Shown here piece by piece: positions 63,842-64,000 of a DNA stretch of 64,000 nt. Within the stretch, counting starts at the first letter, position 1. Each line of letters begins with the position of its first letter. The stretch is from Balanoglossus misakiensis (lineage: Eukaryota; Animalia; Hemichordata). The position numbers and the translations under genes are program-made. The stretch spans positions 7,071,129 through 7,135,128 of the forward strand of contig CM082576.2 in NCBI GenBank assembly GCA_040954595.2, in the 5' to 3' direction. The notes beneath the pieces were generated by a model, which was not told the origin of the DNA, searched no databases, and worked only from the letters and a program-made list of their open reading frames with translations.

Positions 63842-64000
63842 ATCTATGTATTGCCTCGCGGAACCCGACAATAAGGACGCGGTGCGTGTTGAGGTCCACT
63901 TTTTTTTTTAATGTAAAAGTGGCTGATATAACTACAAATGCGTTGACGAAGAAACATTGGAGCAGCTATGTTGGTATTCACTCTGTAGCCTATGTATTGG

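Noticed and set aside
1-64000. Prokaryotic systems (CRISPR array, operon, horizontally transferred glycosidases)
   Set aside because: No repeat-spacer array; all genes have spliceosomal introns and animal-type sequences. GH1 and GH31 adjacency involves unrelated families and is probably coincidental.

Overview
Eukaryotic (metazoan) intron-rich genomic DNA; the gene content and small TTAA/TA-target elements suggest a marine invertebrate, possibly a deuterostome (inference only). From left to right: mitochondrial initiation factor 2 (MTIF2, +); a tandem array of four single-domain GH1 beta-glucosidase/lactase-like genes (-), each with a signal peptide and a hydrophobic GPI-like tail; VCP lysine methyltransferase (VCPKMT/METTL21D, +) with a pogo-like MITE and a hairpin in intron 1; glucosidase II alpha (GANAB, -); a PH-domain evectin/PLEKHB-like gene with His-rich and GGGDF-repeat tail (+), head-to-head with GANAB; SPATA7 (-); and two tandem two-pore-domain K+ channel genes (+). 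The strongest non-obvious signal is a pair of near-identical box C/D snoRNA genes in two GANAB introns, whose D' guide is complementary to a conserved LSU rRNA segment recalled from memory. Also notable: a frame-preserving GANAB cassette exon at the position of the mammalian alternative exon, two intron architectures and patchy identity within the GH1 array, several MITEs, and a perfect 198-bp tandem duplication. Exon coordinates were read by eye from GT-AG boundaries and may be off by a few bases. Homology statements come from recall, not from searches.
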